Assembly: GCA_963733095.1 (NCBI GenBank)
Contig: CAVTBV010000007.1
Location: 1 to 64,000, forward strand
Length of the DNA stretch: 64,000 bases
Reading direction: 5' to 3'
Source: Candidatus Bathyarchaeota archaeon
Lineage (GTDB): Archaea > Thermoproteota > Bathyarchaeia > Bathyarchaeales > Bathycorpusculaceae
The position numbers and the translations under genes are program-made. Below, piece by piece: positions 10,513-20,285 of this stretch. Position 1 is the stretch's first letter, and each line of letters starts with the position of its first letter. The notes beneath the pieces are model-generated. The model made no database searches, was not told the DNA's origin, and saw only the letters and a program-made list of their open reading frames with translations.

Positions 10513-11079
10513 TTGAGTCAGCAACCCAGCGAAAGCAAAAACTTGGAAGTAGCAACGCTTGCGGGCGGCTGCTTTTGGTGTACTGAAGCGGCGTTCAATA
10601 TCATAAAGGGCGTTGAGCGAATTGAACCGGGCTACACTGGCGGCACAGTGTCTAATCCGTCGTATGAAGAGGTTTCAACTGGGAAAACTGGGCATGCGGA
10701 GGCTGCACAGATATATTTTGACCCCGAAATCATCAGTTACAAAGAGATTTTGGAGATTTTCTTCACCATGCATGATCCCACATCACTCAACCGTCAAGGC
10801 GCAGACGTTGGAACCCAGTACCGCTCAGCCATCTTCTACCATATACCAGAGCAAAAAGAGACTGCAGAGAAACTTATAGACGAACTAAACAAGGAAGGCA
10901 TCTGGAACAAACCCATAGTCACCGAAGTCGTCCCGCTAAAAGTATTCTATACCGCGGAAACCTACCATAAAGACTACTACAAAAAACACCCCAAAGAACC
11001 TTACTGCCAAACCGTCATCGCCCCCAAAATCGCCAAGCTGCAGCATCGGTTTATCGACAAAATCAAGGTGCCTCTATGA
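10513..11079 (+). CDS. msrA: Peptide-methionine (S)-S-oxide reductase
   Basis: GGCFWC, GYTGG, HDPT, QYRSAIF, AETYH. Confidence 0.95.
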   Translation: MSQQPSESKNLEVATLAGGCFWCTEAAFNIIKGVERIEPGYTGGTVSNPSYEEVSTGKTGHAEAAQIYFDPEIISYKEILEIFFTMHDPTSLNRQGADVGTQYRSAIFYHIPEQKETAEKLIDELNKEGIWNKPIVTEVVPLKVFYTAETYHKDYYKKHPKEPYCQTVIAPKIAKLQHRFIDKIKVPL

Positions 11080-11645
11080 GCACTCAAACACCAGTCAGCA
11101 GCGCTGATGAGGTTTTGCGGCTAATCGAGAAGGCATCGGAGAAGAATTTCCTCCCAATCATTGGACCAAATAAAGGTAAGTTTCTAGCTGAGGAAGTTCG
11201 AAAGGCTAAGCCGCGACATGTGTTGGAAGTTGGCACATTGATTGGGTACTCTGCGATTCTGATGGGCAAAGAACTTGACGCCAAAGCCGAGATTGTAACC
11301 ATTGAAATCCACCGCGATGAGGCAGAGTTGGCGGGAAAAAACATAGTCAGAGCAAACATTCCACCAAAGATAAAAATAATCACAGGTGACGCCCTGCAAG
11401 TAATTCCCACTTTGAAGGGCCCATTTGATTTTGCTTTCATAGACGCTGAGAAAAGCGAGTATTTCCAGTACCTCAAACTATCCGAGGATAAGCTAAAAAA
11501 AGGCGCCGTGGTCTTTGCGGATAACGCAGGTGTCTTCGCGGACCAGATGGGCGACTATCTGGATTACGTTCGAAAGTCAGGCAAGTACGAGAGTCGCTAC
11601 ACCCAAGTGGGCGGCGACGGCGTAGAAATAAGCGTGAAGCTTTAA
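11076..11645 (+). CDS. Class I SAM-dependent O-methyltransferase
   Basis: LEVGTLIGYS, FIDAEK, ADN; ATGA overlap with msrA. Confidence 0.9.
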   Translation: MSTQTPVSSADEVLRLIEKASEKNFLPIIGPNKGKFLAEEVRKAKPRHVLEVGTLIGYSAILMGKELDAKAEIVTIEIHRDEAELAGKNIVRANIPPKIKIITGDALQVIPTLKGPFDFAFIDAEKSEYFQYLKLSEDKLKKGAVVFADNAGVFADQMGDYLDYVRKSGKYESRYTQVGGDGVEISVKL

Positions 11646-11683
11646 CCCAAAGTTTTAATCACTGTTGGGCTGTGTCTTGTTCT

Positions 11684-11812
11684 GGGTGGGCGATGACGAC
11701 TCTGGCCCCGAAGACGTAAGGATGATGAGGATCTTGAGTGTGAGACAGTAAAAATGATAACTTTCAAGTATGTACTTGGACTAGTTTGAGTTTACTTGTC
11801 GAAGAGCCCACC
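11684..11812 (+). ncRNA. Candidate box C/D-like small RNA with several C/D-like boxes
   Basis: TTTTAAT ~25 nt upstream; terminal stem GGTGGGC/GCCCACC; ATGACGA, ATGATGA, ATGATAA boxes; T-rich tail. Confidence 0.5.
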
Positions 11813-12117
11813 TATTTTAAAACGCATGAGGATATCTTTGAGTCTCTTTTTCTCGAGTTTATCTAAATGTTCTAGCGAACGGTTGAAGATAACAAATGAC
11901 ATTTAGATTTGTCACATCTATGTTTGAATGTTTTACACCAGCTCCCCGAAATTATGTTTGCAAATACCGCTTAATCGGTTGAAAGAAAGAGTAATAGAAT
12001 CAGGTTTCTTGTCGCGCGGAAAGGATGAAAGAAATCTATGAGAAGGCAAATTTGAGAGTATTAGTTGACTAGTACTTCATAAAATATAATAAAATACACA
12101 GCTACAAATAGCAAATT

Positions 12118-12285
12118 ATGCGCAGGCTACCAAATTCTACAAAAATGAATATTTCAAAGTCGTCAAAATATAGAAAAAAGAAACCTGAGAAAGCTAATTT
12201 AAACAAAGGTACTGTCAATGATGACGAATGGGCTTTTCTTGAATGGACTGGTATCGAAAGCCCAAAAGATTCGATACTGGAATAA
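12118..12285 (+). CDS. Possible 55-aa hypothetical protein
   Basis: Hand-translated ORF ending DDEWAFLEWTGIESPKDSILE; no family recognised. Confidence 0.25.
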   Translation: MRRLPNSTKMNISKSSKYRKKKPEKANLNKGTVNDDEWAFLEWTGIESPKDSILE

Positions 12286-12472
12286 AATTGATATTTTAAG
12301 TGTTTAGGCGCTTAGCTGTTTCTCTCCAATTTGAAAAGCTAATTCTGACTTTTCAGGCGCGGGCTACTAAGAATGATTTCGATTTATTCTATTTATTTTA
12401 ATATGCAGATTCTGGAAATGAAGATTATATTGTGAATTATACTCGTAATATTCCCTAAAGGAAAGAACATAC

Positions 12473-12715
12473 ATGAAGCTGCCAACCATCTATATTTTGG
12501 CTGCGAACCTCGGCTGCCTTTTACCCGTCAACATGATAAACTTTACAATTTTGTTGAATGGCGGGATTTTGCTTGTGGAACCGAATTTGGCAATAATAGC
12601 CGGTGAAACAGTCGGAACCTTATTAATAACAAGCTTGACAGTGGCGTGGTTGCTGCAGAAAATTAGAGCTCACGCTAAACCTCAGCCCGATTCAACAGAT
12701 ATTTCGCATTATTAA
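12473..12715 (+). CDS. Small membrane protein
   Basis: 80-aa hydrophobic ORF. Confidence 0.45.
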   Translation: MKLPTIYILAANLGCLLPVNMINFTILLNGGILLVEPNLAIIAGETVGTLLITSLTVAWLLQKIRAHAKPQPDSTDISHY

Positions 12716-12881
12716 GATCCCTGATTCCTACAACATGCTTGTATTCGCAGGAGTAAACGCGCGCTTTCATAAAATATTTCTATTTTTATTGCTAAAACAT
12801 ACTTGAGTGCGTATCATGCATTTGAGTTCCAGGTGCATGCCTAAGAGCCCACCTAAATGACTATGCCAAAAACAAAAAAAT

Positions 12882-14294
12882 TCAAGCAGAAGGCGCTGAT
12901 TTTCCGGATTTTATCATTTTAACTTCTTGAAGGATTCTTTTCAAAATATCTTCATCACCTAAAACCCCAGACGGCGCCTCCACAGCTTTTTTCAGAGGCA
13001 AAGGCACACGATCCATGCGGTAAGCTGTGCCTTCAGTTTCGATGCCTACAAGCGTTGAAGGAAACACCACGTCAGCTATCAACGATGAAGCGTTCAGGTG
13101 GGGATCAATAACAATAAGCGGAATCTTAGCAAGTTGATGCACCGCGCTCTTTGGAAAACCAGCAGCTGGATCCGACGCAACAGCCAAAAATGCGTCTGCC
13201 TCGCCGCGATTGAGGATATCGACAACGGATGTTTCTCCGGGATTATATCTTGGATAACCCAAAGAAAAATCAACTCCGAAAGGAAAACCAGTCTGCCAGG
13301 TCAACACAATGTTTGCCCCAGCCACGTTAAAGTGACCTCTCATAGGCATCATTGAAAACTTTGTGTGAGCATTAAGATCCCTAACTAGCCCAATGAGGGC
13401 TTCTATGTTTCGTGATTTGCCTGAGCTCTGAGATAATCCCATGCCAAAAAAGATAACGCCAAACGTGCAGTTAACCAAAGAATCTGCAACTTCTCTCAAG
13501 TATTCGATGGGGACACCTGCGACGTTTTCAACGTCGAGTTCTCCATCGTTTATTAATACTCGCAGCGCCTGAATTATTTCAAAGTCCCTATTAGGTTCAA
13601 GCTTAATGAAGAAATCAGCTAAAGCTGCGGTCGAAGTTTCACGGACATCTACAACTATGAGGTTGCGCCCCTTCTTACTAGAAGACCCACCCAATTGTTT
13701 GTCATTGGGGCAGTCTGTTTTTTGGTCAATGGAATCTGGTTGAGTCGCTCTAAGTCGGCTCCTTTCGAACCTTCCTTCGGCAAAACTGGTGTACCTTTGC
13801 ATATGTCTTGGATGGGAGCTTAGCGGGTCACAGCCCCAGTAAATAATTAGGTCAGCTCGGTGGCGGACTTGCCCCAGCGTGCATGAAGGAATACCTTCTT
13901 CCTGCATACCCAAAGTTGACGGTCCGTGGCAGACCGTTGAAGTGTTGTCAAATACACCGCCAACTTCTTCAGCTAATTCCACTCCAATACGTTGAGCTTC
14001 ACAGCTTGTGGAGCTCCACCCATACAAAACAGGATATATTGCCTTAGCTAGAATTTCGGCAGCCCTAAGCACAGCCTCTTCTAAGGGAACTTCCACTAAT
14101 TTGTCGTTCTTCCTCATTAAGGGTTTTAGGAGCCGGTGTTCTTTGTTAAAGTTAAAAAATTTTGCTTGACTTAACGCGCAGCCATTTTTGTTTCTCACTA
14201 TTTTTCCGTCTTCAACGGTTATTTCAATATCATCACATACGCATCCGCAAACGGGGCACACAAAAGAAGTGATAGTTGTCAAGTTATCGACCAC
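12882..14294 (-). CDS. fwdB: Formylmethanofuran dehydrogenase subunit B
   Basis: CPVCGCVCDD [4Fe-4S] motif, STVCHGP Mo/W-ligand Cys, HPRH, MRGHFNVAG, GTAYRMD. Confidence 0.92.
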   Translation of the reverse strand: MVDNLTTITSFVCPVCGCVCDDIEITVEDGKIVRNKNGCALSQAKFFNFNKEHRLLKPLMRKNDKLVEVPLEEAVLRAAEILAKAIYPVLYGWSSTSCEAQRIGVELAEEVGGVFDNTSTVCHGPSTLGMQEEGIPSCTLGQVRHRADLIIYWGCDPLSSHPRHMQRYTSFAEGRFERSRLRATQPDSIDQKTDCPNDKQLGGSSSKKGRNLIVVDVRETSTAALADFFIKLEPNRDFEIIQALRVLINDGELDVENVAGVPIEYLREVADSLVNCTFGVIFFGMGLSQSSGKSRNIEALIGLVRDLNAHTKFSMMPMRGHFNVAGANIVLTWQTGFPFGVDFSLGYPRYNPGETSVVDILNRGEADAFLAVASDPAAGFPKSAVHQLAKIPLIVIDPHLNASSLIADVVFPSTLVGIETEGTAYRMDRVPLPLKKAVEAPSGVLGDEDILKRILQEVKMIKSGKSAPSA

Positions 14295-14622
14295 ACAAAC
14301 TTAGCTGTCATACTCAACTCGACAAGTATTAGATTCATTTATTGAATAAATAACTATTCATTTCTCAATACAAATTGCCACACAAAGCCCAACACGCGGA
14401 TATTTGACTCTAATTCTATTAAAGTCCGGTTGTCCCTGCTAACAAGCTAATCCGATATAAGCGAGATTCCAACTATATCATACTGTATATCAAACTGTTT
14501 AAACAGGATGTCTATAGGGGGAGAGCTAACAAATGAAAAAAGAAGAACAGTGTAGCCGAACAATCGAGATGTTTTAAGCTATATTAGGAAGAAACCGCTA
14601 TTTATTTGGGCAGTGACTTGTT

Positions 14623-14955
14623 TTGGTTTTAGCTAGGATGTCTGTTTGGCACTTTAAAGAGGGCAAAGGCGAAAAAGGGTTCTCAGAGCTTGACATTATC
14701 CTCAACACTTTAGCCCATCAGTTTGAAGGGTACCGAGGAGCAATCTCGCTTGTTGCCGACGATGACCCCAACGCCGTGACGATTCTTACGCTTTGGTTAG
14801 ACCAAGAGGCTCTTGAGAAGTCAGAAAAAGACGTGTTTTCTCAAGCGCTCAAGAGAGTAGAAGATTTAGTTGATCGCGACCCACAAATCAAAAATTACAA
14901 GGTGTTCTCAACGGAGCTCTTTCAACGTTCAAAGTGGCCGTTCCGCTGGGCATAA
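14623..14955 (+). CDS. Antibiotic biosynthesis monooxygenase (dimeric alpha-beta barrel) family protein
   Basis: ARMSVWHFK.G...GYRG...LTLW pattern. Confidence 0.65.
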   Translation: MVLARMSVWHFKEGKGEKGFSELDIILNTLAHQFEGYRGAISLVADDDPNAVTILTLWLDQEALEKSEKDVFSQALKRVEDLVDRDPQIKNYKVFSTELFQRSKWPFRWA

Positions 14956-14978
14956 GCAAAAAGAAGAAAGAGACATTG

Positions 14979-15551
14979 TTATTCTGGAGGTTTCTCCCAT
15001 AACTCTAGCTTTTGTTTCTTGAGTTCGGTGCGTTTCTTCTGCAGGTAACTGTAAACTGTGTGGTGCTGGCAACCTTCAACAATCATTTGCACAGCGTTGC
15101 GTGCCGCATCCGCCTCCTCGAAACTGCCGATAATCCCTACTGTGTGACCGTAAACCACTACGTCGGCTTCGGTGAGTTCTTCGATTAGTTTTCTGGTTTT
15201 GCCTTCAGTACCGATTATTCTGCTTTTTACCCGTTTCATGTCGGATTCGGAGCGCCCAAAAATCAAGCGTAAATCCACTATGTCAAAGATGTCGTCTTCA
15301 TTGCGTATTAGGCGGAACGCTGTTTCTGGCTTAAAGCCTCTGCCGATGGCTGTAACTATGTCTTTGGCTCTTAGGAATACTGAGGGGTCAGGTATGTTTT
15401 CTGGAAGCGTTATGGTTACGCTACCTTCTTTATCAACTTCCAGTGTGACGTTTAGTTTTGTTTCTATTTCCTTTTTTACTTTGCCTTCGGGACCAATCAG
15501 TATACCGACGCGTTCTTTAGGTATCTTTACAAATGTATCTGAACCAGGCAT
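14979..15551 (-). CDS. KH-domain rRNA processing protein (Dim2/Pno1/Krr1-like)
   Basis: IGPEGK and RIIGTEGK GxxG motifs, AIGRGF; conserved synteny with rio1 and aIF-1A. Confidence 0.92.
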   Translation of the reverse strand: MPGSDTFVKIPKERVGILIGPEGKVKKEIETKLNVTLEVDKEGSVTITLPENIPDPSVFLRAKDIVTAIGRGFKPETAFRLIRNEDDIFDIVDLRLIFGRSESDMKRVKSRIIGTEGKTRKLIEELTEADVVVYGHTVGIIGSFEEADAARNAVQMIVEGCQHHTVYSYLQKKRTELKKQKLELWEKPPE

Positions 15552-16336
15552 TATTTACCAACAACCATCTTGTATAATTCTTCAACTGGATAAACATCTA
15601 CGTCTAACCGCTTAAAGAACCTATTCACGTTCTCCAAATCGCGGCGCAGCATAAAATCCGCTAGGGGATGCTGAATGGAAACAGATTGAGAAACGTCGAA
15701 AACGACGGGTTTGCCCTTCCACATCATGATGTTGTATTCGCTTAGGTCGCCATGGACGATTTTGGCCTTCTTGTAGAGCCTCTTGATGTAGGTCACTATT
15801 ATTTTGTAGACTTTTTCCGGGTTTTCTGGCGGCTGCTCCTTAAGAGAAGGGGCACTAACACCTTTCTCCCCGATAAACTCCATGACTACAACGTTACTTT
15901 TGACCGCGATAGGTTTTGGAACCCGCACCTTTGCGGCGATAGCTTCCCCTAAATTGCGAAACTCTTTCTGAGCCCAAACAGCCATCAGTGATCGAGTGTC
16001 ATGTTTGACATCTTTGAATCGGGGGTCACCTTCGATGTATTTGTGCATGCCCTTCTTGAACTCCGCGGAGGAAGTTAAGTAAATCTTTACGGCTAAGTCG
16101 GTGCCTTCTTTGGTTGTGCCCCAGTAAACTTTGGCTTCCTTGCCTGAACTCACCGCACCGTTGAGTTCGTAGAGAACTCCACTGTTTAGTAAATCGAAGA
16201 CAACCATACGGGTGGTCTGGTCGAAAACTTCTTCGACGGTAGCGCGTTCGCTGGATTTATCGTGGTTTAGCATTTTATCTCGACGTTCGATTCTTCTTTC
16301 AGTATGGGCAATGCGTTCTTGGGCTTTACGTGACAT
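15551..16336 (-). CDS. rio1: RIO1 serine kinase
   Basis: SSGKEAKVY, VKIY, VHGDLSEYNI, FDVSQSV. Confidence 0.95.
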   Translation of the reverse strand: MSRKAQERIAHTERRIERRDKMLNHDKSSERATVEEVFDQTTRMVVFDLLNSGVLYELNGAVSSGKEAKVYWGTTKEGTDLAVKIYLTSSAEFKKGMHKYIEGDPRFKDVKHDTRSLMAVWAQKEFRNLGEAIAAKVRVPKPIAVKSNVVVMEFIGEKGVSAPSLKEQPPENPEKVYKIIVTYIKRLYKKAKIVHGDLSEYNIMMWKGKPVVFDVSQSVSIQHPLADFMLRRDLENVNRFFKRLDVDVYPVEELYKMVVGK

Positions 16337-16498
16337 AATATCAAGCATGCAATAGGCTTTTGGGTATTAAAACCAGTCTAGTAGAAACGCCATTTGGAAT
16401 GTTGAGTGCTAAAATTCTTAAGAATGTGTAGGTTGTATAGCTGTTTTCCAAGCCGTTAGCAGGTTCAAATAAATGGAAATAATAAATAAAATTTTAAA

Positions 16499-16804
16499 TT
16501 AAAGGGTTAAAATTCCTTTGCGTCTAAGTGTATCTGCCTGCGAATGAGTGTAACGCCATACCACGTCGCCGCGTGTGTCGGTTTGGAAATCCCAGGGTGA
16601 AACGATGACTATGTCGCCTTCTCTTATCCAAACGCGTCGCTTCATTTTACCGCGGATTCGGCACAAACGTTCGGCGCCATCCTGACACTTTACCAATATA
16701 CGGTCGAACCCCAGCAGTTTTATGACTACGCCCAAGACTTCGCCTTGTCCAGGATAGACTAATTCGCCGATTGCGCCTTCACTTAAGACTTTCTTCTTTC
16801 CCAA
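16499..16804 (-). CDS. eif1a: Translation initiation factor aIF-1A
   Basis: CRIRGKMKRRVWIREGD.V.VSPWDFQ. Confidence 0.97.
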   Translation of the reverse strand: MGKKKVLSEGAIGELVYPGQGEVLGVVIKLLGFDRILVKCQDGAERLCRIRGKMKRRVWIREGDIVIVSPWDFQTDTRGDVVWRYTHSQADTLRRKGILTL

Positions 16805-16956
16805 ACAGTAAACCTCGTCTGATTTGAAAAAAGTATGTGTAGCTTGCTTAAAAGCCTAATCATCCTGTAAATAAGCTTCAACAAGTCAAGAAACAGTTTT
16901 TCTACGTAATTGAGCCAAGAGCGTTAGCAGACGGTCCGCGTTTAATGTAAGTTTAA

Positions 16957-17808
16957 ATGTTCTCTTTAAATAATATTGAATATTGGAGCATCAAGCAAGT
17001 GTCCTATGTCTTCAACATACCCTACCGAAACAACCCGAAGCTTAAGGTAGTCATGGAGAAAGTGAAAGATGACAAAAAACTCAAAACGTACTGGCGATGC
17101 GCCAACGTTATGGCTATCGAACGTATGGGCTACACTGACCATGGACCCACCCACGTTAAAATCGTAGCCAACCTAGCCCTTAAGCTCCTGAGGATTATGA
17201 TTGAGAAAAAACTCGTCACCCCCAGCATCGTGGAAAGCTACCAGATGACAAACGACGACGCCGAAGTTGTGGTGGTTTTAGGCTCGATATTCCATGATCT
17301 GGGAATGATTGTGCAACGCAACAACCATGAAAGATACAGCGCTTTTTTAGCCCTTGAGTTCTTCGACAAATTCTTAACCCCAACCTACAGCGAAGAAGAA
17401 AAAGCAATAATCACCTCTGAAGTCCTCCACGCCATCGTAACCCACGAAGAACACCGCAGGAATGAACCTACCAACAGGATTTTAACCAAGGAAGCTGGCA
17501 TCGTCGGAATCGCTGACGCCTTAGACATGGAATCTGGACGAGCACGCATTCCCTTCCAATCGGGCAAAGTAGATATCCACGCAGTCTCAGCCTTATCCAT
17601 AGAAAAAGTAGACATAGAATTGGCAGAAAACGGTGCTGCAAAACCCATCAACATAAAAATCAAAATGTCCAATTCTGCAGGCGTCTTCCAAATCGACGAG
17701 CTCCTTAAACCAAGAATCGTCAACTCTGGGCTCGAACAGTTCTTTCATGTTATTGCGGAAATTACAGGTGAAAAAGAAGCAAAAATAATAGAGAAATTCG
17801 AAATCTAA
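16957..17808 (+). CDS. HD-domain metal-dependent phosphohydrolase
   Basis: DHGPTH, FHDLG, ADALDM..GRAR; start may be GTG at 16999. Confidence 0.85.
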   Translation: MFSLNNIEYWSIKQVSYVFNIPYRNNPKLKVVMEKVKDDKKLKTYWRCANVMAIERMGYTDHGPTHVKIVANLALKLLRIMIEKKLVTPSIVESYQMTNDDAEVVVVLGSIFHDLGMIVQRNNHERYSAFLALEFFDKFLTPTYSEEEKAIITSEVLHAIVTHEEHRRNEPTNRILTKEAGIVGIADALDMESGRARIPFQSGKVDIHAVSALSIEKVDIELAENGAAKPINIKIKMSNSAGVFQIDELLKPRIVNSGLEQFFHVIAEITGEKEAKIIEKFEI

Positions 17809-17823
17809 CTTTGGAGGCAAATC

Positions 17824-19548
17824 ATGATTCATGAATACGACGTTGTGGTTATCGGAGGCGGAATCGCAGGGTTATATACGGCGTTGACGGCTTCAGAAAA
17901 CGCAAAGGTAGCTGTCGTCAGCAAGGTGCATGTTACACGTTCGCATTCGGTTGCTGCGCAGGGCGGTATCGCGGCAAGTCTGGGAAACGAGGAAGAGGAT
18001 CATTGGGAATGGCATATGTACGACACTGTGAAGGGCAGCGACTACCTCGCCGATCAAGAAGCAGCAGAAATCTTAGCCAAGGAAGCCCCAAACGCAATCT
18101 ACACCCTCGAGTATATGGGTGTCCCATTTAGCCGAAACGTTCAAGGCAAAATTGAGCAGCGCCGATTCGGAGGACACACCAAAAACTTCGGCGAAGCCCC
18201 AGTCAGACGGGCCTGTTACGTCTCAGACCACACAGGACGAGCAATCATGGATACACTCTATGATCGATGCTTCCAGAAAGGCGTAACATTTCACAACGAA
18301 GTATTCATCCAGCACTTGCTTTTTGCTTTAAACGATTGTTGCGGCGCTGCGGGATACGACTTAGCTACGGGAACCCCGCAGGTTTTCCATGCGAAAGCAG
18401 TCGTTTTAGCAACAGGTGGATGTGGCAAAATCTTCAAAACCACCAGCAACGGCTTCGCCTCAACAGGAGACGGATTCGAATTAGCCCTCGACTCACTCTT
18501 GCCTTTGGAGGATATGGAGTTTATTCAGTTCCACCCCACAGGTATCTATGGGTTTGGGATTCTCTTGAGTGAAGCTGCTAGAGCTGAAGGCGGCGTTTTG
18601 CGGAATGGTTTGGGCGAGCGCTTCATGGAGCGGTATGCGCCAACTTTGAAGGATTTGGCGCCCAGAGATATTGTTTCGCGAGCGATTCTCAAAGAAATTA
18701 GTGAGGGCAGAGGGGTGAATGGCAAGGATTTTGTTTACTTGGATTTACGGGAGATTGGCGAGAAACGCCTAAACCAGAAACTTCCTGAAATCACCTCGTT
18801 TGTCAAGACTTATTTGGGAATTGACCCCGCCGAAGTTCCGGTGCCTGTTGCGCCAACATGCCATTACATGATGGGCGGTATACCAACCGACGTTAATGGA
18901 CACGTTTTAGCGGATAAGGTTGGCACTATTGTGCCTGGGTTGTATGCTGCTGGAGAATGTACATGTGTGAGTGTGCATGGCGCAAACCGTTTAGGTTGCA
19001 ATTCACTGATTGACCTCATTGTTTTTGGGCGCAGAGCTGGCTTGAGTATTCTCAGGGAGATTAAATCGAGGATTTGTCAGCCTCTTCCTGTGCAGGCTGA
19101 AAGTATTGTTGTGGATAGAATCAACGGCTTACTTGATTCCAAAGGCACTGAACACGTTGCGGGTCTGCGGGAAACGTTGCAGTGTTTGATGACTGAGCAA
19201 TGTAGCGTCTTCAGGAACGGTCCGACCCTCGAACAAGCCTTAGCCCAGATTCGCCACTTAAAGTGGCGCTACACAAACATTAGCTTAACCGACAAATCCA
19301 AGGTTTTCAACTATGAGTTGCAGGAAGCCTTAGAGTTAAACAACATGCTCAGGGTCACAGAGGTCATGGTTTACTCCGCGCTTAATCGCACAGAGAGCCG
19401 TGGAGCCCACTTCCGCAGCGATTATCCAGAGAGAAACGACGAAGAATGGTTAAAGCACACTTTAGTAAACGAAACACCTACAGGCTTAAAAGATAACTAC
19501 AAGCCGCTTGCAATGGGCAGGTTTAAACCCGAAAAACGGAGATATTAA
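17824..19548 (+). CDS. sdhA: Succinate dehydrogenase/fumarate reductase flavoprotein
   Basis: GGGIAG, RSHSVAAQGG (covalent FAD His), QFHPTG, HYMMGG, HGANRLG, ESRGAH. Confidence 0.96.
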   Translation: MIHEYDVVVIGGGIAGLYTALTASENAKVAVVSKVHVTRSHSVAAQGGIAASLGNEEEDHWEWHMYDTVKGSDYLADQEAAEILAKEAPNAIYTLEYMGVPFSRNVQGKIEQRRFGGHTKNFGEAPVRRACYVSDHTGRAIMDTLYDRCFQKGVTFHNEVFIQHLLFALNDCCGAAGYDLATGTPQVFHAKAVVLATGGCGKIFKTTSNGFASTGDGFELALDSLLPLEDMEFIQFHPTGIYGFGILLSEAARAEGGVLRNGLGERFMERYAPTLKDLAPRDIVSRAILKEISEGRGVNGKDFVYLDLREIGEKRLNQKLPEITSFVKTYLGIDPAEVPVPVAPTCHYMMGGIPTDVNGHVLADKVGTIVPGLYAAGECTCVSVHGANRLGCNSLIDLIVFGRRAGLSILREIKSRICQPLPVQAESIVVDRINGLLDSKGTEHVAGLRETLQCLMTEQCSVFRNGPTLEQALAQIRHLKWRYTNISLTDKSKVFNYELQEALELNNMLRVTEVMVYSALNRTESRGAHFRSDYPERNDEEWLKHTLVNETPTGLKDNYKPLAMGRFKPEKRRY

Positions 19549-19549
19549 C

Positions 19550-20272
19550 ATGAAGGTCACCCTGAAGGTTTATCGTTTTAACCCTGAAACCAACAAAGAA
19601 CCACACTATGACACGTTCACGGTAGAAGCAGAGCCTAACGAGCGAATACTCGACTGCCTAAACAAGATTCGTTGGCAACATGACAGCACCCTCGCCTTCC
19701 GCATGTCTTGCGCCCATGGAATCTGCGGTTCCGATGGCTTAACCATCAACAGCCAATCCGCCTTAGCATGCCAAAAACTCGTCAAAGACTACGATTACAC
19801 CAAGGAAATCCTGATTGAGCCGCTTAGGTATTTTGTTGTTGTTAAAGATTTGATTGTTGATTTGAAACCGTTTTTTGAGAGAATCAAATCGATTAGCCCA
19901 CAAACGCCGCAATCCATCGAGAATGTTGTTTTGGAGAAGGAAAGAATTCAAAGCCCCGAAGAACGCCGTCGATTCGATGATGCCTTAAAATGCATTCTGT
20001 GCGGTTGCTGCTATGGCGCTTGCCCAGTTATGACGGAACAGGATCAGGAATTCGTCGGGCCAGCCGCAATCCTAAGAGCGCAACGATACATCTTCGATTC
20101 CAGAAACGCAGATGCAGCTGAGCGCATGCATGTTTTAAAGAAGCCTCACGGTGTTTGGGGCTGCAAAAGCTACTACATGTGTACTGTGGTTTGTCCAAAG
20201 AAGATTAAAGTGACTGAGGCAATCTTAAAAACTAAAAAGAAGATTATTGAGCAGCAACCCAGAAAGGAATAG
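19550..20272 (+). CDS. sdhB: Succinate dehydrogenase/fumarate reductase Fe-S subunit
   Basis: SCAHGICGSD...C, CILCGCCYGACP, CKSYYMCTVVCP. Confidence 0.95.
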   Translation: MKVTLKVYRFNPETNKEPHYDTFTVEAEPNERILDCLNKIRWQHDSTLAFRMSCAHGICGSDGLTINSQSALACQKLVKDYDYTKEILIEPLRYFVVVKDLIVDLKPFFERIKSISPQTPQSIENVVLEKERIQSPEERRRFDDALKCILCGCCYGACPVMTEQDQEFVGPAAILRAQRYIFDSRNADAAERMHVLKKPHGVWGCKSYYMCTVVCPKKIKVTEAILKTKKKIIEQQPRKE

Positions 20273-20285
20273 GTTTGAAAAGACT

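Noticed and set aside
11688-11760. Fluoride (crcB) riboswitch or SECIS element
   Set aside because: GGCGATG is present, but the pseudoknot partners and a downstream fluoride-related gene are not. No selenoprotein with an in-frame TGA lies nearby, and FwdB has Cys.
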